From a phage: a DNA stretch of 64,000 nucleotides. The first letter of the stretch is position 1. The number at the start of each line of letters is the position of its first letter. Shown in pieces: positions 28,389 to 38,320 of the stretch. Position numbers and translations under genes: made by a program. The stretch lies in sequence record OZ346228.1; one strand, written 5' to 3'. The notes under the pieces are model-generated. The model saw only the letters and a list, made by a program, of their open reading frames with translations, searched no databases and was not told where the DNA came from.

Positions 28389-28583
28389 TTAGAATATTGC
28401 TTCTTCCATTGCGCCTGAGAGCAACAAAGAGGTGATCTGGCTAACATTCATCTCAGACTCTACTTCCTCCCCTTTGAAAGGTTCGCGGCAGAATAGGACT
28501 GTTTCAGGACTTTTACTTCGAACAATATAATACAAATCATTCAATGTGTTGTAGTAATAAGTGTTAAAACGTAAGTTTTTCAT
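28389..28583 (-). CDS. hypothetical protein
   Basis: ORF with ATGA overlap to next. Confidence 0.45.
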   Translation of the reverse strand: MKNLRFNTYYYNTLNDLYYIVRSKSPETVLFCREPFKGEEVESEMNVSQITSLLLSGAMEEAIF

Positions 28584-28867
28584 TTTCTAGTCCTCTTCTT
28601 AGATTTTTGGGGAGAAACGCTTTCTGCAATACGAGACAGACGTTCTTCTGAAGCCTTACCTACTCCAGGTTTTTTGAGTGGATTATCTTTATGACCACAA
28701 TCCAACTGGATATTGGATACCTCTCCAACTTTGTAAGTCAATTCTAGCAAAAGGTTGTCGTCCTTGTCAAATGTTTTTACGATAAATTTTTTATCGTTCT
28801 CCTGAACTTCATATCTGGTACCTGCAGTATACAGCATGGTGCCATCAGCATAGGATATCCAGATCAT
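28580..28867 (-). CDS. hypothetical protein
   Basis: ORF; basic C-terminus. Confidence 0.5.
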   Translation of the reverse strand: MIWISYADGTMLYTAGTRYEVQENDKKFIVKTFDKDDNLLLELTYKVGEVSNIQLDCGHKDNPLKKPGVGKASEERLSRIAESVSPQKSKKRTRK

Positions 28868-29211
28868 TGAGCCTCCTTTTGCTGCAACAGCATTAACTCT
28901 TTGTTAGAGATCTTTACTGCTGTTTTTATTGTTCCATCTTCACGAAACCACGACCAGAACTCTACAGTGTCACCACTATCAAGTAAAGCATGCCCATGGT
29001 AAAAATCTTTGTCCTTAGACAGTTTCTCATCTATATCTGCATCAACACATTCGTGATCCAGAGCATTTTGCCTGAACGCATCGGTTATGCCAATGCACGC
29101 CTTGCTCTCAAGACTGGTATATCCGATATCTTTTAATTCAGTTTCCCAAGTCCAGTACCCTATAAAAGCTAAAACAGCTACCCACAGTAATAACGTTTTA
29201 ATCTTTGGCAT
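28864..29211 (-). CDS. hypothetical secreted/membrane-anchored protein
   Basis: N-terminal signal-like hydrophobic segment LLLWVAVLAFIGYW. Confidence 0.5.
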   Translation of the reverse strand: MPKIKTLLLWVAVLAFIGYWTWETELKDIGYTSLESKACIGITDAFRQNALDHECVDADIDEKLSKDKDFYHGHALLDSGDTVEFWSWFREDGTIKTAVKISNKELMLLQQKEAQ

Positions 29212-29273
29212 TCTCTCTACCTCTTTCTTAGTTTATTTCACTATGGCACATCCTTTGTGCCATATCTCAACTA

Positions 29274-29744
29274 CTACTTAAATAGTAGTTCAAAATAGTG
29301 CAAAATTAACAGAAGTTGAACTACACCTAGTGCAACGGCGAGTATGTTAATCTTAGAATCGAAAAACTTCTTAACTTTTACTCTAAAAGGTTCCTTAATG
29401 TCCTTTACGATCCTATCTATAGATGACCTCATATCTCTGATTACCATCCTGAACATTAAAGACGGATGCTCCCCCATCTCCGTAACGGAATCGAAAACAT
29501 ACTCTCTTCGGTCATAAGGGCCGCCAGCTCTGCGTATTAACCTCTCCACAGAGACCTCGAACGTCACACCTGTAACGTAATCATCTATAACAAGTCGTGA
29601 CGGGTCTTTACCTTTACTATCAAGAGGTATCAAAGTTATCTTTCCAGATTTTGTTAAAATTTCCCCTTTTTCAAGCAAGGTGTACCAATGCTCTCTGCCA
29701 AGACTGTTGAGGCACGTTTTTACATATTTAACAAACATCGTCAC
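29274..29744 (-). CDS. hypothetical protein with C-terminal transmembrane segment
   Basis: C-terminal ILAVALGVVQLLLILHYF. Confidence 0.5.
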   Translation of the reverse strand: MTMFVKYVKTCLNSLGREHWYTLLEKGEILTKSGKITLIPLDSKGKDPSRLVIDDYVTGVTFEVSVERLIRRAGGPYDRREYVFDSVTEMGEHPSLMFRMVIRDMRSSIDRIVKDIKEPFRVKVKKFFDSKINILAVALGVVQLLLILHYFELLFK

Positions 29745-29944
29745 CCCTCATCGCACGTCTGATATAACCACTCTATAAAATCTTGATACCATTCGCCCTC
29801 TGAGCGCTCCGTAGGCCAATAATCTTCACCCTCTCGTGCATTAAAATCTGAGTATTCAACTTTCCACTCCTTTACCAGCTCGTGGAGAAGGTTTTCAGCC
29901 TGCTCTAAAGATTTATTTTTTACCATTGCTGTCTCCTTTTTCAA
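29741..29944 (-). CDS. hypothetical protein
   Basis: ORF overlapping neighbour start. Confidence 0.45.
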   Translation of the reverse strand: MKKETAMVKNKSLEQAENLLHELVKEWKVEYSDFNAREGEDYWPTERSEGEWYQDFIEWLYQTCDEG

Positions 29945-30145
29945 GATAGTTATACATCAGAACTGCACCACCTAAGATGGCTACCAGTAACAATATCCCA
30001 GATAGCATCTCAATAAACATGGCTTGAAACACTGGAAGGTCTCCCTAAATTAACGCACCATTTTAAATACATGCTCTTTTCCCATAAAGGTGCCTGGCTA
30101 AGATCTGCGTAGAACGCAATCTCTTTAAGAACAGTATAGATAGTT

Positions 30146-30373
30146 TTAGGTGCGGTCTCCATCCCTACTCTCCTTCCTGATATTCTTGTAGTAATCAACT
30201 AGGCACATTATTACGATGAAGATAACAACAGGCCAAAAAGGTGCAGCAGTGATGATGGTGATAAAATCATCAAACTTCACCCTTCGTCTGGACACGATGC
30301 ATACACCTGTCAAGAATACCGCTGTTATAACGGACATTACCAGGTAACCTATTAGCACAACATTTATACTCAT
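30146..30373 (-). CDS. hypothetical small membrane protein
   Basis: Two hydrophobic segments. Confidence 0.45.
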   Translation of the reverse strand: MSINVVLIGYLVMSVITAVFLTGVCIVSRRRVKFDDFITIITAAPFWPVVIFIVIMCLVDYYKNIRKESRDGDRT

Positions 30374-30403
30374 TGGTCCTCCCTTTGTAGGTTAAATTGT
30401 ATA

Positions 30404-30937
30404 CTACAAATGGTCGCTGAGGGTGTCAAGAAAATTATCCCGTTCTTTCTCAGAGTTTTCATGTGTGTAGCTGAAAAACATATCGAGAATAACCTTATTG
30501 ATATATTCCAGCTCCTCTGTGTTCAGATGCTTAGCAGGATCTACAATGACATCCCAAATATCATACAGACCGCACTCATGATACCCATAACGCCACTCAA
30601 TTGTCAAGCTGAGCGGCAAATCTTTACCTTCACAAACAACCTTCCATCTACATATGTTGGTATCTGGTCGTACCTGTGCACGGTACACCTGCACAAAATC
30701 CAATTTGAATTTGAGGTACTCGTCATACAATTTAAGCACAAAGCTCTCGATTTGTGGAGACACTTTTGCAGCAAACTGTGCGTATTCGTACTTGCACTGG
30801 ATGATCTTTCTGCGTTTTGCAGTTAAATTTTTTGCCGCCAGTTGTTCTTCAGTGTATCTCCACCTACGATCAACAAACGCAACAGGGTCTTTGTCCCCAT
30901 AGAGGTCTTCCCAGTTAATCAGAAGCATACCTGTCAC
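30404..30937 (-). CDS. hypothetical protein
   Basis: 177 aa ORF; ATGA overlap with upstream gene. Confidence 0.55.
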   Translation of the reverse strand: MTGMLLINWEDLYGDKDPVAFVDRRWRYTEEQLAAKNLTAKRRKIIQCKYEYAQFAAKVSPQIESFVLKLYDEYLKFKLDFVQVYRAQVRPDTNICRWKVVCEGKDLPLSLTIEWRYGYHECGLYDIWDVIVDPAKHLNTEELEYINKVILDMFFSYTHENSEKERDNFLDTLSDHL

Positions 30938-31167
30938 TCCTCCACAACTTCAAGGCCTTTACCGCCTCGCTCTGGCAGATTACTTAAAGATAGGTAATAC
31001 ATATAATCAGGAGAGATCCTGCCAGACTCTGCACCTGCAGCTAGTAAATCCTTCCCTTTAACCAGGACAACATTCTCGTTTGCAGATAGCCGTTTTGCTT
31101 CCACAATTTTACCAACACAGTCAACCAAGGAAGGGTACCCTAAATCTGTAAGAAATTTAACTTTCAT
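30934..31167 (-). CDS. small protein, MKVK-family paralogue
   Basis: MKVKFLTDLGYPSLVDCVGKIVEA...KGKDLLAAGA...LEVVEE. Confidence 0.6.
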   Translation of the reverse strand: MKVKFLTDLGYPSLVDCVGKIVEAKRLSANENVVLVKGKDLLAAGAESGRISPDYMYYLSLSNLPERGGKGLEVVEE

Positions 31168-31204
31168 GCTACCTCCTACCTACCGTCCCTGGTAAGATAA
31201 ATTA

Positions 31205-31603
31205 TTACTGAACAGAGCGCGGTGCTGGGAAGGATAACTCTTCTAAAGAGAAGATTTCATTTCCTACCACCCAAGTTGCTGGGTCATCTGGATCAACAGG
31301 TTGGATAATCATTACCTCATCCGCCTCGCACACACGTTTCCCACCCATAGTAGCGTCAGCCACTAACATACGCGGCTCTTCAGAAATGCACAGGTAGCCA
31401 CCTCGGCCCACTGTTCCTTCCACGGGATCCTGCCCTTTGACCACAATGAATACCTTCTCTCCTGTGGCGATATTACTTTTCACACTAACAGTTTGACCAA
31501 CTTTAGATGTACCGATCTTGGTGGCTTCAAACATTAAATCCCGAATTACTGTTGCATAGTTGCCGGACACTTTCTTACCTTCTTTAGTAATCTCAATCTT
31601 CAT
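31205..31603 (-). CDS. hypothetical protein
   Basis: MKIEITKEG... start; 132 aa. Confidence 0.5.
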   Translation of the reverse strand: MKIEITKEGKKVSGNYATVIRDLMFEATKIGTSKVGQTVSVKSNIATGEKVFIVVKGQDPVEGTVGRGGYLCISEEPRMLVADATMGGKRVCEADEVMIIQPVDPDDPATWVVGNEIFSLEELSFPAPRSVQ

Positions 31604-31872
31604 AACCTAGGCTCCTTAAATGAATCTATGTAATCAATTAAATCCCAAGCATCGCGATGGGCTGTCAGAGGGTATACTTCTCCGAGAGGGATCATAGCAA
31701 TAAGTCTATCAAAAACCCAGTCTGGACGCAACATTTTATGGTGATATTCCCACTCACCTTCCACAGATTTTTTCTGAGTGATCAGGATCTCTGTGTAGTG
31801 TTTCGCCTGTCTTGAGTAGATTGAAAATGACTTGTACATAAAGACCCCCTCTTGTTGAAAACAACAATACAC
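31600..31872 (-). CDS. hypothetical protein
   Basis: ORF overlapping neighbour. Confidence 0.45.
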   Translation of the reverse strand: MYCCFQQEGVFMYKSFSIYSRQAKHYTEILITQKKSVEGEWEYHHKMLRPDWVFDRLIAMIPLGEVYPLTAHRDAWDLIDYIDSFKEPRL

Positions 31873-31874
31873 AA

Positions 31875-32189
31875 CTACCAGGTTACTGTCAAGTAGGCAA
31901 CCGTATTATTTTTCTCTGGGGAGATGCCAACAACATCTACCTGCAGACCTCCTGCCCTTAAATCTCCAACAATGTGCGGGAAGTAATCTGAGAGATGCGA
32001 GGGTAGATTTATCGAAAATCCGCACCCCAGAAAGCCTGCTAACGCTTTATTTTGTATCTCCCCTACAATCGCATCATAAATGGAGTTAAGCTCGTCAGGG
32101 AGCGTTACAGGACGTTTTAGCGCTAACTGGTGTAATTTGTCCTTAGCACTCATTTTCATTTCAGGTCTACCTCTGGTGGTGCCAACCAC
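31875..32189 (-). CDS. hypothetical protein
   Basis: ORF. Confidence 0.45.
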   Translation of the reverse strand: MVGTTRGRPEMKMSAKDKLHQLALKRPVTLPDELNSIYDAIVGEIQNKALAGFLGCGFSINLPSHLSDYFPHIVGDLRAGGLQVDVVGISPEKNNTVAYLTVTW

Positions 32190-32689
32190 ATAAATGGCGG
32201 CAAGCCTAAACGGTTTTTCTTATCCCACACAAAATATGCATATGCTTGCCCGTCAGTTCTGCCATTTGATTGAAAAGATGGACGCTTAGATATTGTGATC
32301 ACAGTGGTAGGTGCATTATCAAGCCACCATTCAAATCTGGCTTTGCTTTCCAGAAAATTAAGACGCAAAAGCATAATAACTACGTCAGCATCTTTCAACG
32401 CCTTGTCTACAAACTCACGAGCCAAACTGTATGGTGGGTTGGTGATAATACAGTCAACATGGTTGTATTCTGTATTCAGATAGTCAACACCTTCTTGGAT
32501 TTCTCCCCATGCAGATCCTAACGGCATACGGGAGTAGAACACACCTGAGGCACTATTCCTGCAAGGCTCTAAGTAGGTCCAGTCTTCTGGGAACGGAATA
32601 AGGTCATACAGCCCTTCTGCACACCACTCCGGTGTCACATACTCATCGTAGGCGTTACGTTGTTCATCAGGTTTTCGAGCACAAGTCAT
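32156..32689 (-). CDS. putative DNA N6-adenine methyltransferase (small, DPPY-type)
   Basis: Catalytic motif IV CIITNPPYS. Confidence 0.6.
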   Translation of the reverse strand: MTCARKPDEQRNAYDEYVTPEWCAEGLYDLIPFPEDWTYLEPCRNSASGVFYSRMPLGSAWGEIQEGVDYLNTEYNHVDCIITNPPYSLAREFVDKALKDADVVIMLLRLNFLESKARFEWWLDNAPTTVITISKRPSFQSNGRTDGQAYAYFVWDKKNRLGLPPFMWLAPPEVDLK

Positions 32690-32740
32690 GCAAATCTCCA
32701 GATCATAAAAGCCCTCCGAAGAGGGCTTTAGAATTAATGT

Positions 32741-33790
32741 TTAAGCTTCTTCGACAATTCCTGCACCCAGGATTTTTTCATTGAGCTCTTTTGCTGTTTT
32801 AATAATATTGTCCACCAGACGCTTGCGAGTCTTATCTTTTACCTTAACCTCTTCACCGCCGTTCAGGGTTGTCTTCAATTGGGACAGAATGTCTTGAAGT
32901 TCAACGACAGAGAATCGCTGCAGATCTTCTGAGGTAATCTCGCCTAAGGCAATCTTAACGGTCTCACCACTTTCCATCTGCAGGTTCAGGAACACAGTGT
33001 GAACATCACCTTTCGAACCACCCGCTTTTGCAGATTCAACAGCATGAACTAGCTCATCTAAAGAGGTGCACTGGTGAATCTCCGGAAGACCTGCTTCACC
33101 TAGCACACCTTCTTCATCACCTTTTGCCAAAAGCTTTTTAGGTTTTTGTCCGTTCTGGATGCGTTGTATGTTGCCTTCATCCAGAATGATAGCTCCAGTT
33201 CGAGCTGCCAGCTCCTCTCCGTCCAACCACACTTCGCCACCCGCTGTGATGGATGCGATCTCATCTTCTGTCAGCACCCAACCGTAGTATTTTTCGATCA
33301 GGCGTTCGAAACGTTTTTTCCAGTAGCTGACCTGAGTATTCATGTTCACACCATTGCCATAAGTGCCGCCTTGATAGTAGTGGAACATAAACTCTGTGTC
33401 CGGAGCCACAGTGCGTTCTTTGCAACCCAGCCATAGGATTGTTCCAGCAGAGCAGCACATCCCTTCAGCATGTGCAACAACGCTTGCCTGAGACTCGCGG
33501 AATGCCTGTAGATAAGCCATTGCAATGTGCACGCAACCCCCAGGGCTATTGATGATCACACGAATGCTTTCTTCCGGCTGAGCCATACGGATCGTCTGCA
33601 GACGAGACATATGATCCTGCAGGTCCTCCAAATCGTCGATATAAAGAACGTGGTCAACAACAGGTGTTGGGTAGCTGTATGTTTCCATAATACCACCCGG
33701 CATACCAAACATTTTATTACTCATAGGTTCGAAACCGTTCTGTTTTTCTTTCATGCCGTGTACCATGGTTCTGCGAGGTGTTAAATTCAT
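32741..33790 (-). CDS. ClpP-family serine peptidase (S14) with extended C-terminal domain
   Basis: INSPGG and GMCCSAG match ClpP signature regions. Confidence 0.75.
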   Translation of the reverse strand: MNLTPRRTMVHGMKEKQNGFEPMSNKMFGMPGGIMETYSYPTPVVDHVLYIDDLEDLQDHMSRLQTIRMAQPEESIRVIINSPGGCVHIAMAYLQAFRESQASVVAHAEGMCCSAGTILWLGCKERTVAPDTEFMFHYYQGGTYGNGVNMNTQVSYWKKRFERLIEKYYGWVLTEDEIASITAGGEVWLDGEELAARTGAIILDEGNIQRIQNGQKPKKLLAKGDEEGVLGEAGLPEIHQCTSLDELVHAVESAKAGGSKGDVHTVFLNLQMESGETVKIALGEITSEDLQRFSVVELQDILSQLKTTLNGGEEVKVKDKTRKRLVDNIIKTAKELNEKILGAGIVEEA

Positions 33791-33850
33791 GAGAAATCCT
33801 TAATATTGGAAGTTGAAAGCTATTTATTTAAACCTGATTCACATTTACCT

Positions 33851-34162
33851 TTATTTAGCAATCACTATGGAATACTTACGATTGTCAGAAGCATCACAAC
33901 TCAATGATTGCCAGTCTACCACATACCACGTATCATTGTCAACAATTACTTTATCGCCTGTTCTGTAGCAAGTGCTGCTTTCAATAATTCGAGACTCGAT
34001 AAAGAATCTGTGTCGGCGCTCACGTAGCAACGCTAAGTTAATTATATTACCACCGCTGTCCTTGGTCCACACATTCTTGGATCCCTTATTTGCCAAAATT
34101 GTCTCGCCGTTATAGACAAACAGGCAGTATATTTTATTCAGTTTCTCTTGTATTGTAGCCAT
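33851..34162 (-). CDS. hypothetical protein
   Basis: ORF. Confidence 0.45.
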   Translation of the reverse strand: MATIQEKLNKIYCLFVYNGETILANKGSKNVWTKDSGGNIINLALLRERRHRFFIESRIIESSTCYRTGDKVIVDNDTWYVVDWQSLSCDASDNRKYSIVIAK

Positions 34163-34263
34163 ACTGTCCTTCTCTCTGTTTTGTCCGATAATAATATCTA
34201 AAGCTTACCTATTTGTCAACAACTGTTTTAGATATTTAAGGGTGGAATAACCACCCTTCTGTA

Positions 34264-35052
34264 TTACTCGGAAACAGGGGTCCAAATATGATTTGCACGA
34301 TCCTCAATAAGATTGAGTGCGATCTGACGACCCAACCCAGAACGAACGACATCGTCTGGACTATCAAAGCTGATCATTCCAACCTCAGGATCTGGATGAC
34401 GAGTAAAGAAATCCGTCACCCATGCAAGGCCAGATTTACCAGGGATGTCACGTTGGCTATTATCACCCATAATTACAAGGGTGGCTTGATCAGAGATCCT
34501 TGTGATAATTGACAACATTTCTTCAGGGTTAGTTTGCTGTGCCTCGTCAATCAGGACAAAGCATCGCTCATCGAAACTACGACCACGAATGCTTTCAACT
34601 TCACAAATCTCGATACGGCTGTTCTGACCGTCTCCCAGCATTGCGGCAAAAGCACCTTTGCCAACACGACGACAAATCGTGTCCATCATGCTTCGAAGAT
34701 AGGGCCACAGTTTCTGCATTGCATTTCCAGGTTTAAATCCTGAAGTCTTTCCTGTCTGAACGTAAGGACGTGCAACAATAATCTTATCAATCTCGTTCTT
34801 ACGCAGAAGATCACCTGCATATGCAGATGCCATGAATGTCTTACCGGATCCAAACACACCGTTTACAATAATAATCTTACGTGACCCTAGATAATCAAGA
34901 TACTTTTGCTGCTTCTTATTCATTGGTCTGAGAGCTGGAGCGGTGTGCTCTCTTTCGTCAGCAAATTTCTCAGCAGCCTTACGCAGGCGATCAGATTTGC
35001 GAGCCTCTCTAGCTTCATCACGCATGCGTTTTGTTTCTTTAGCTCGACCCAT
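34264..35052 (-). CDS. phoH: PhoH-like ATPase
   Basis: Walker A GVFGSGKTF; PhoH-like colinear sequence (...IVNGVFGSGKTFMA...LIDEAQ...). Confidence 0.8.
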   Translation of the reverse strand: MGRAKETKRMRDEAREARKSDRLRKAAEKFADEREHTAPALRPMNKKQQKYLDYLGSRKIIIVNGVFGSGKTFMASAYAGDLLRKNEIDKIIVARPYVQTGKTSGFKPGNAMQKLWPYLRSMMDTICRRVGKGAFAAMLGDGQNSRIEICEVESIRGRSFDERCFVLIDEAQQTNPEEMLSIITRISDQATLVIMGDNSQRDIPGKSGLAWVTDFFTRHPDPEVGMISFDSPDDVVRSGLGRQIALNLIEDRANHIWTPVSE

Positions 35053-35090
35053 GTTGGGACTCCTTTCAGATTGAGATGTGCCAAGTACTT

Positions 35091-35441
35091 TTACTGCAAC
35101 AGTTTTTCAATAGCCGCTTCCATGCTGCTTGCAACAGCCTGAACTCGGATATTCATCTCTTCTTGGTGGATCAGCTCCTTAAGCTCTTTAATGGTAAATT
35201 CTTTAGAGAAACCTTCCACCATAATCTTGTGCAAGGCTTCTTGCGTGTCTACTTGCAAGAACTTTTCCAGTTTGTTGGCAGAGGCTTCTAAATCAGCCCG
35301 AATACGAGGGTCATCTGTGCGATTCAGCATTAGGCGTAAGCCATCAAGATTAGTAGAAATAGCATCTGCATGTTGAGTAACTAACCGTGGCAAAATGAGA
35401 TCTACAAACTTATTAGCCAAATCGATACGTTCTTGTGTCAC
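35091..35441 (-). CDS. hypothetical alpha-helical protein
   Basis: ORF. Confidence 0.45.
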   Translation of the reverse strand: MTQERIDLANKFVDLILPRLVTQHADAISTNLDGLRLMLNRTDDPRIRADLEASANKLEKFLQVDTQEALHKIMVEGFSKEFTIKELKELIHQEEMNIRVQAVASSMEAAIEKLLQ

Positions 35442-35613
35442 TGTTGCACCCCCTCTTCATCTTCATGATGTTTCTTTTCACGCTTGTGTTTTTTCTTAAG
35501 CTCAAGCGCAATCTCTTTCTTGTACGCCTTCTTCAAGGCTTTTTTAGCCATTTGGCACCTCCTCTGCTTTCATTACGGCAATTATAACCAACTCAACAAA
35601 GCTTTGTCAACAA

Positions 35614-36087
35614 CTAGTCTACCTGAACCCAACCGCCTGATACTTTTTTAAACATTCTTTGGTTATCACTGCCTCGGAACGGTTTCTTGGTTGGTAAATC
35701 TTTTACATACTTACCGTCAATGATGATATCAGCCAGTTTAATAACATCACTAGAGATATGGTCAAATGTGAACCCAGTATATACAAGAATAGTTTTCTTG
35801 TCACCAAATTTTTCCTTAATTTTCTCCATCAGGCTAATAATATCTGGCTCATTATAGTATGCTAAGGGTTCTCCACCCAGTAGAGAGATACCGCACACAG
35901 ACGGGTTATCTAAATCTGACAAGATTTTTTGCAAGTCTTCTTCAGTGAACTTCCTCCCCTTATCTTTTGACCAAAATGCCTGATTAAAGCAACCAGGGCA
36001 AGCGTGTGGGCACCCAGATACCCACAAGGCAGTTCTAATACCTGGTCCTTCGGTGTAAGATATTTCTGTGTATCCAGCAATGTTCAT
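35614..36087 (-). CDS. nrdG: anaerobic ribonucleotide reductase activating protein (radical SAM)
   Basis: Cys cluster CPHACPGC; adjacent to nrdD. Confidence 0.8.
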   Translation of the reverse strand: MNIAGYTEISYTEGPGIRTALWVSGCPHACPGCFNQAFWSKDKGRKFTEEDLQKILSDLDNPSVCGISLLGGEPLAYYNEPDIISLMEKIKEKFGDKKTILVYTGFTFDHISSDVIKLADIIIDGKYVKDLPTKKPFRGSDNQRMFKKVSGGWVQVD

Positions 36088-36200
36088 AGATACTCCGCAT
36101 CACATTTAGGGCAATGCCAAATAAAATCGTCTAGTGCCTTGCACCAACGAAGATTACAACTACAGCCGCACTTGCAAATTTTATAAATACCTGATGACAT
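36084..36200 (-). CDS. small Cys-rich zinc-ribbon-like peptide (38 aa), translationally coupled to nrdG
   Basis: Not in ORF track (below length cut-off); RBS aggagg; MSSGIYKICKCGCSCNLRWCKALDDFIWHCPKCDAEYL; stop overlaps nrdG ATG. Confidence 0.45.
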   Translation of the reverse strand: MSSGIYKICKCGCSCNLRWCKALDDFIWHCPKCDAEYL

Positions 36201-36263
36201 ACTGCACCTCCTAGCTCACTGTGTGTCAATAATATGCCACATCCTTGTGGCTTTTGTCAAGAA

Positions 36264-37472
36264 TCAGCAACCACAACTTCCGTAGTGCTTAACTCGCTCG
36301 ATAACTTCCGCTTGCTTACCTTTATTGTAAGGACGGGAGTTAGGACTGGAAAGGTATCCAGACACACGTCGAATTACACTGATCGTTCCCTCTTCATGGT
36401 TTCCACACTCTGGGCATACAAAGCCTTTAGCTGTTGCACTGAACTCACCAGAGAAACCACACTTGAGACATTTATCCACAGGTTGGTTAATACCAAAATA
36501 CATAATGTGTTTATACCCGAAGTCAACAAGAGCCTCTAAAGCATCCAGGTTGTTTTTCAGGTTAGGTGTTTCTACGTATCCGATGTTGCCACCAGAGGAT
36601 ATCATAGCAAAACCTTCTTCATACTCCCACTTATCAAAAGGAGAGCTATTGATCCATACTGGCTGATGGAAACTGTTGGTGAGATATTCATGCTCGTGCT
36701 TCAACACTTCAGGATATTCACGATCCAGACAGGTTGCAGCTTTATAGCATAGACTCTCAGAAGGGGTGCCGTACAAACTAAACGCTAGTCTACTTTTCTT
36801 CTTGTATCGCTCACAAGCATCTCTCATGTGCTGAAGTATTCCAAGAGCTAAAGCCTTGTCACCCTCTCTGCCCAAAATCTGACAGGTTTCATACACACCA
36901 ATATACCCAATACTGATGGAAGCGTACCCGTCATAGAAGAGTTTATCAATACTCTCTTCAGGATCCAGGCGAGCAAGAGCGCCTTCACACCACATGATAG
37001 GGTTCTGCCCTGCCTTAGTGCCTTTCAGACGGTTAACCCTTACAAGGTGAGCTTCATATGCCAAATCCAGATACTCGTCAAGAACGGAAAAGAAATCAAC
37101 ACCTTCCGTCTTAGCTTTTGCCGCAATCATTGGCAGGTTAAGACTAACAACACCCAAGTTGAATCTGCCGAGGTATTTCTCCTCACCTGTTTCCAAGTCA
37201 TTGTATTTGCTAAGAAAACTCCGGCAACCCATGCTCGTTACTTTACCATCTGTCGAGCCTGTCACTTTACGATTTAGTGGAACAGAAACAAAGTCAGGAT
37301 AAATCCGCTCTGCAGAGCATTCCAGAGCTAATCGTTTCAAATCATAGTTAGGATCTCCAGGGTTCATGTTGACACCCTCTTCTAGGAAGAACAACACTTT
37401 AGGGAACACAGGTGTGATACGTTCTTCACCAAGACCCATTTTGTGGACTTTCAAGTAGTTTTTGGTAATCAT
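36264..37472 (-). CDS. nrdD: anaerobic ribonucleoside-triphosphate reductase, C-terminal part (glycyl radical domain)
   Basis: C-terminal glycyl-radical motif RVSGYLS and terminal Cys pair; N-terminal part is in separate upstream ORF. Confidence 0.8.
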   Translation of the reverse strand: MITKNYLKVHKMGLGEERITPVFPKVLFFLEEGVNMNPGDPNYDLKRLALECSAERIYPDFVSVPLNRKVTGSTDGKVTSMGCRSFLSKYNDLETGEEKYLGRFNLGVVSLNLPMIAAKAKTEGVDFFSVLDEYLDLAYEAHLVRVNRLKGTKAGQNPIMWCEGALARLDPEESIDKLFYDGYASISIGYIGVYETCQILGREGDKALALGILQHMRDACERYKKKSRLAFSLYGTPSESLCYKAATCLDREYPEVLKHEHEYLTNSFHQPVWINSSPFDKWEYEEGFAMISSGGNIGYVETPNLKNNLDALEALVDFGYKHIMYFGINQPVDKCLKCGFSGEFSATAKGFVCPECGNHEEGTISVIRRVSGYLSSPNSRPYNKGKQAEVIERVKHYGSCGC

Positions 37473-38320
37473 TCTACCAAAGACTGAGGTGTCCAGACCT
37501 AAACTTAATGTGATGAATGGAGTCTGCTGTCTCCTCCCTGTGTTTCCACAGGGCCAGACTATCTCTTACTCTACTTCAATAAGATAATAACCCTTTATTG
37601 TGAGATGCTTACCTTCGGCATTTCCTTCGATAGCCCTATGAACGTTACCTACGTTCAAATTTAAGGCTTTTGCACAGGCATAGAGTGAAGGATATTCACC
37701 CACCAAGGTTTTACCTTTGTATGCCTGCACTTTCCTATAGCACTTACCTGGACAAAGTCCTGTTCGGAAAGCATGTCTCTTATTATCTTCCGGCAAAACC
37801 CACTCTAGGTTAGACGGATGATCATTCAATGTATTGCCATCTTTATGATTCACTTCCCAGTTTTCAGGGTCTTCTGGGACATCCGGCAAACAATACAAGG
37901 CAACAATCCTTGAGGTTTGGATTCGAATCTTTTTACCTTTGTGGTTGAAAGAGTACATATAACGGCGTTTAACATGCTTGTTACCTTTTCCATAACCTCC
38001 CCACAATATTGGGTGTAGCATTCCACGTTTTCCGTATACGTTTCCAACCTCATCAATCACATAGTTTGATTCTTCACCATTAAGAATGATCTTTTTCATA
38101 GAGCCTCTCCATTTCGAAGTTAGTATTTCAACTAACCCCTACACTACTTGGTTCAGAAATGTTTGTCAAGCATTTCTGCCTTTCGTTAGTCGTTACAACC
38201 GTTCCAACTCCTGTAAGAACTAGTCACGGGATTGGCATAGCTTTCGCCTTAGCGTTCCCCGTTAGCCGGATTTACCGACCCCTCTTATGAGGTTAGGAGA
38301 GTTTTACAACGGCCAGTTTG
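37473..38320 (-). mobile_element. intervening sequence in nrdD (intron-like) carrying HNH endonuclease; bounds approximate
   Basis: nrdD reading frame split into two ORFs flanking an HNH ORF; about 220 nt of ORF-free hairpin-rich sequence at 38100-38320. Confidence 0.45.
37566..38099 (-). CDS. HNH homing endonuclease
   Basis: WEVNHKDGNTLNDHPSNLEW HNH motif; paralogous to 1396-1902. Confidence 0.8.
   Translation of the reverse strand: MKKIILNGEESNYVIDEVGNVYGKRGMLHPILWGGYGKGNKHVKRRYMYSFNHKGKKIRIQTSRIVALYCLPDVPEDPENWEVNHKDGNTLNDHPSNLEWVLPEDNKRHAFRTGLCPGKCYRKVQAYKGKTLVGEYPSLYACAKALNLNVGNVHRAIEGNAEGKHLTIKGYYLIEVE

Noticed and set aside
33146-34743. + strand ORFs inside the ClpP-like and PhoH genes (33146-33436, 33527-33784, 34288-34512, 34534-34743)
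   Set aside because: Antisense to genes with strong family motifs; no independent support.
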